DNA of 64,000 nucleotides from Escherichia coli (GTDB lineage Bacteria; Pseudomonadota; Gammaproteobacteria; Enterobacterales; Enterobacteriaceae): NCBI RefSeq assembly GCF_002854065.1, contig NZ_CP024147.1; one strand, 5' to 3'. Shown piece by piece: positions 63,508 to 64,000 of this stretch (position 1 is its first letter; each line of letters starts with the position of its first letter). The notes under the pieces were generated by a model. It saw only the letters and a program-made list of their open reading frames with translations, ran no database searches and was not told where the DNA came from. The position numbers and the translations under genes were made by a program.

Positions 63508-64000
63508 ATGACAGATAAACGCAAAGATGGCTCAGGCAAATTGCTGTATTGCTCTTTTTGCGGCAAAAGCCAGCATGAAGTGCGCAAGCTGATTGCCGGT
63601 CCATCCGTGTATATCTGCGACGAATGTGTTGATTTATGTAACGACATCATTCGCGAAGAGATTAAAGAAGTTGCACCGCATCGTGAACGCAGTGCGCTAC
63701 CGACGCCGCATGAAATTCGTAACCACTTGGACGATTACGTTATCGGCCAGGAACAGGCGAAAAAAGTGCTGGCGGTCGCGGTATACAACCATTACAAACG
63801 TCTGCGCAACGGCGATACCAGCAATGGTGTCGAGTTGGGCAAAAGTAACATTCTACTGATCGGTCCGACCGGTTCCGGTAAAACGCTGTTGGCTGAAACG
63901 CTGGCGCGCCTGCTGGACGTCCCGTTCACCATGGCCGACGCAACCACGCTGACCGAAGCCGGTTATGTGGGCGAAGACGTTGAAAACATCATTCAGAAGC
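63508..64000 (+). CDS. clpX: ATP-dependent Clp protease ATP-binding subunit ClpX, 5' partial (runs off window end)
   Basis: ATG at 63508: [48 protein letters not shown]... zinc-binding domain and Walker A GPTGSGKT; not in ORF track because no stop within window. Confidence 0.95.

Overview
This window reads as an Escherichia coli chromosomal segment collinear with the K-12 phoA-to-clpX region, identified from recognised protein sequences in the six-frame track (no database search was possible). The conserved backbone runs phoA(3' end)-psiF-dgcC/proC-yaiI-aroL-yaiA-aroM-ppnP ... rdgC-mak-araJ-sbcCD-phoBR-brnQ-proY-malZ-acpH-queA-tgt-yajC-secDF-yajD-tsx-yajI-nrdR-ribD-ribE-nusB-thiL-pgpA-yajO-dxs-ispA-xseB-thiI-yajL-panE-yajQ-yajR-cyoEDCBA-ampG-yajG-bolA-tig-clpP-clpX(5' end). 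Against that backbone, four accessory loci stand out, none present in K-12 as far as I recall: (1) a 762-codon secreted repeat-protein gene split by an intact IS1 with a perfect 9-bp target duplication, followed by a translationally coupled 151-aa ORF of unknown function (6073-9590); (2) an AT-rich single-gene islet between malZ and acpH (489 aa); (3) an AT-rich islet between pgpA and yajO encoding a 531-aa pentapeptide-repeat protein with an in-frame 12-bp tandem-repeat array; (4) an islet between yajR and cyoE carrying a Sel1-repeat secreted protein and a GNAT-toxin/RHH-antitoxin pair with paired operator-like palindromes. I consider the IS1-split two-gene module and the three islets the best candidates for anything undescribed here, but function is inferred from motifs only. 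No tRNA, rRNA, CRISPR array or prophage integrase was seen. Coordinates of starts that differ from the ORF track were chosen by matching known N-termini and checking the start codon in the sequence. GC content was judged by eye, not computed.
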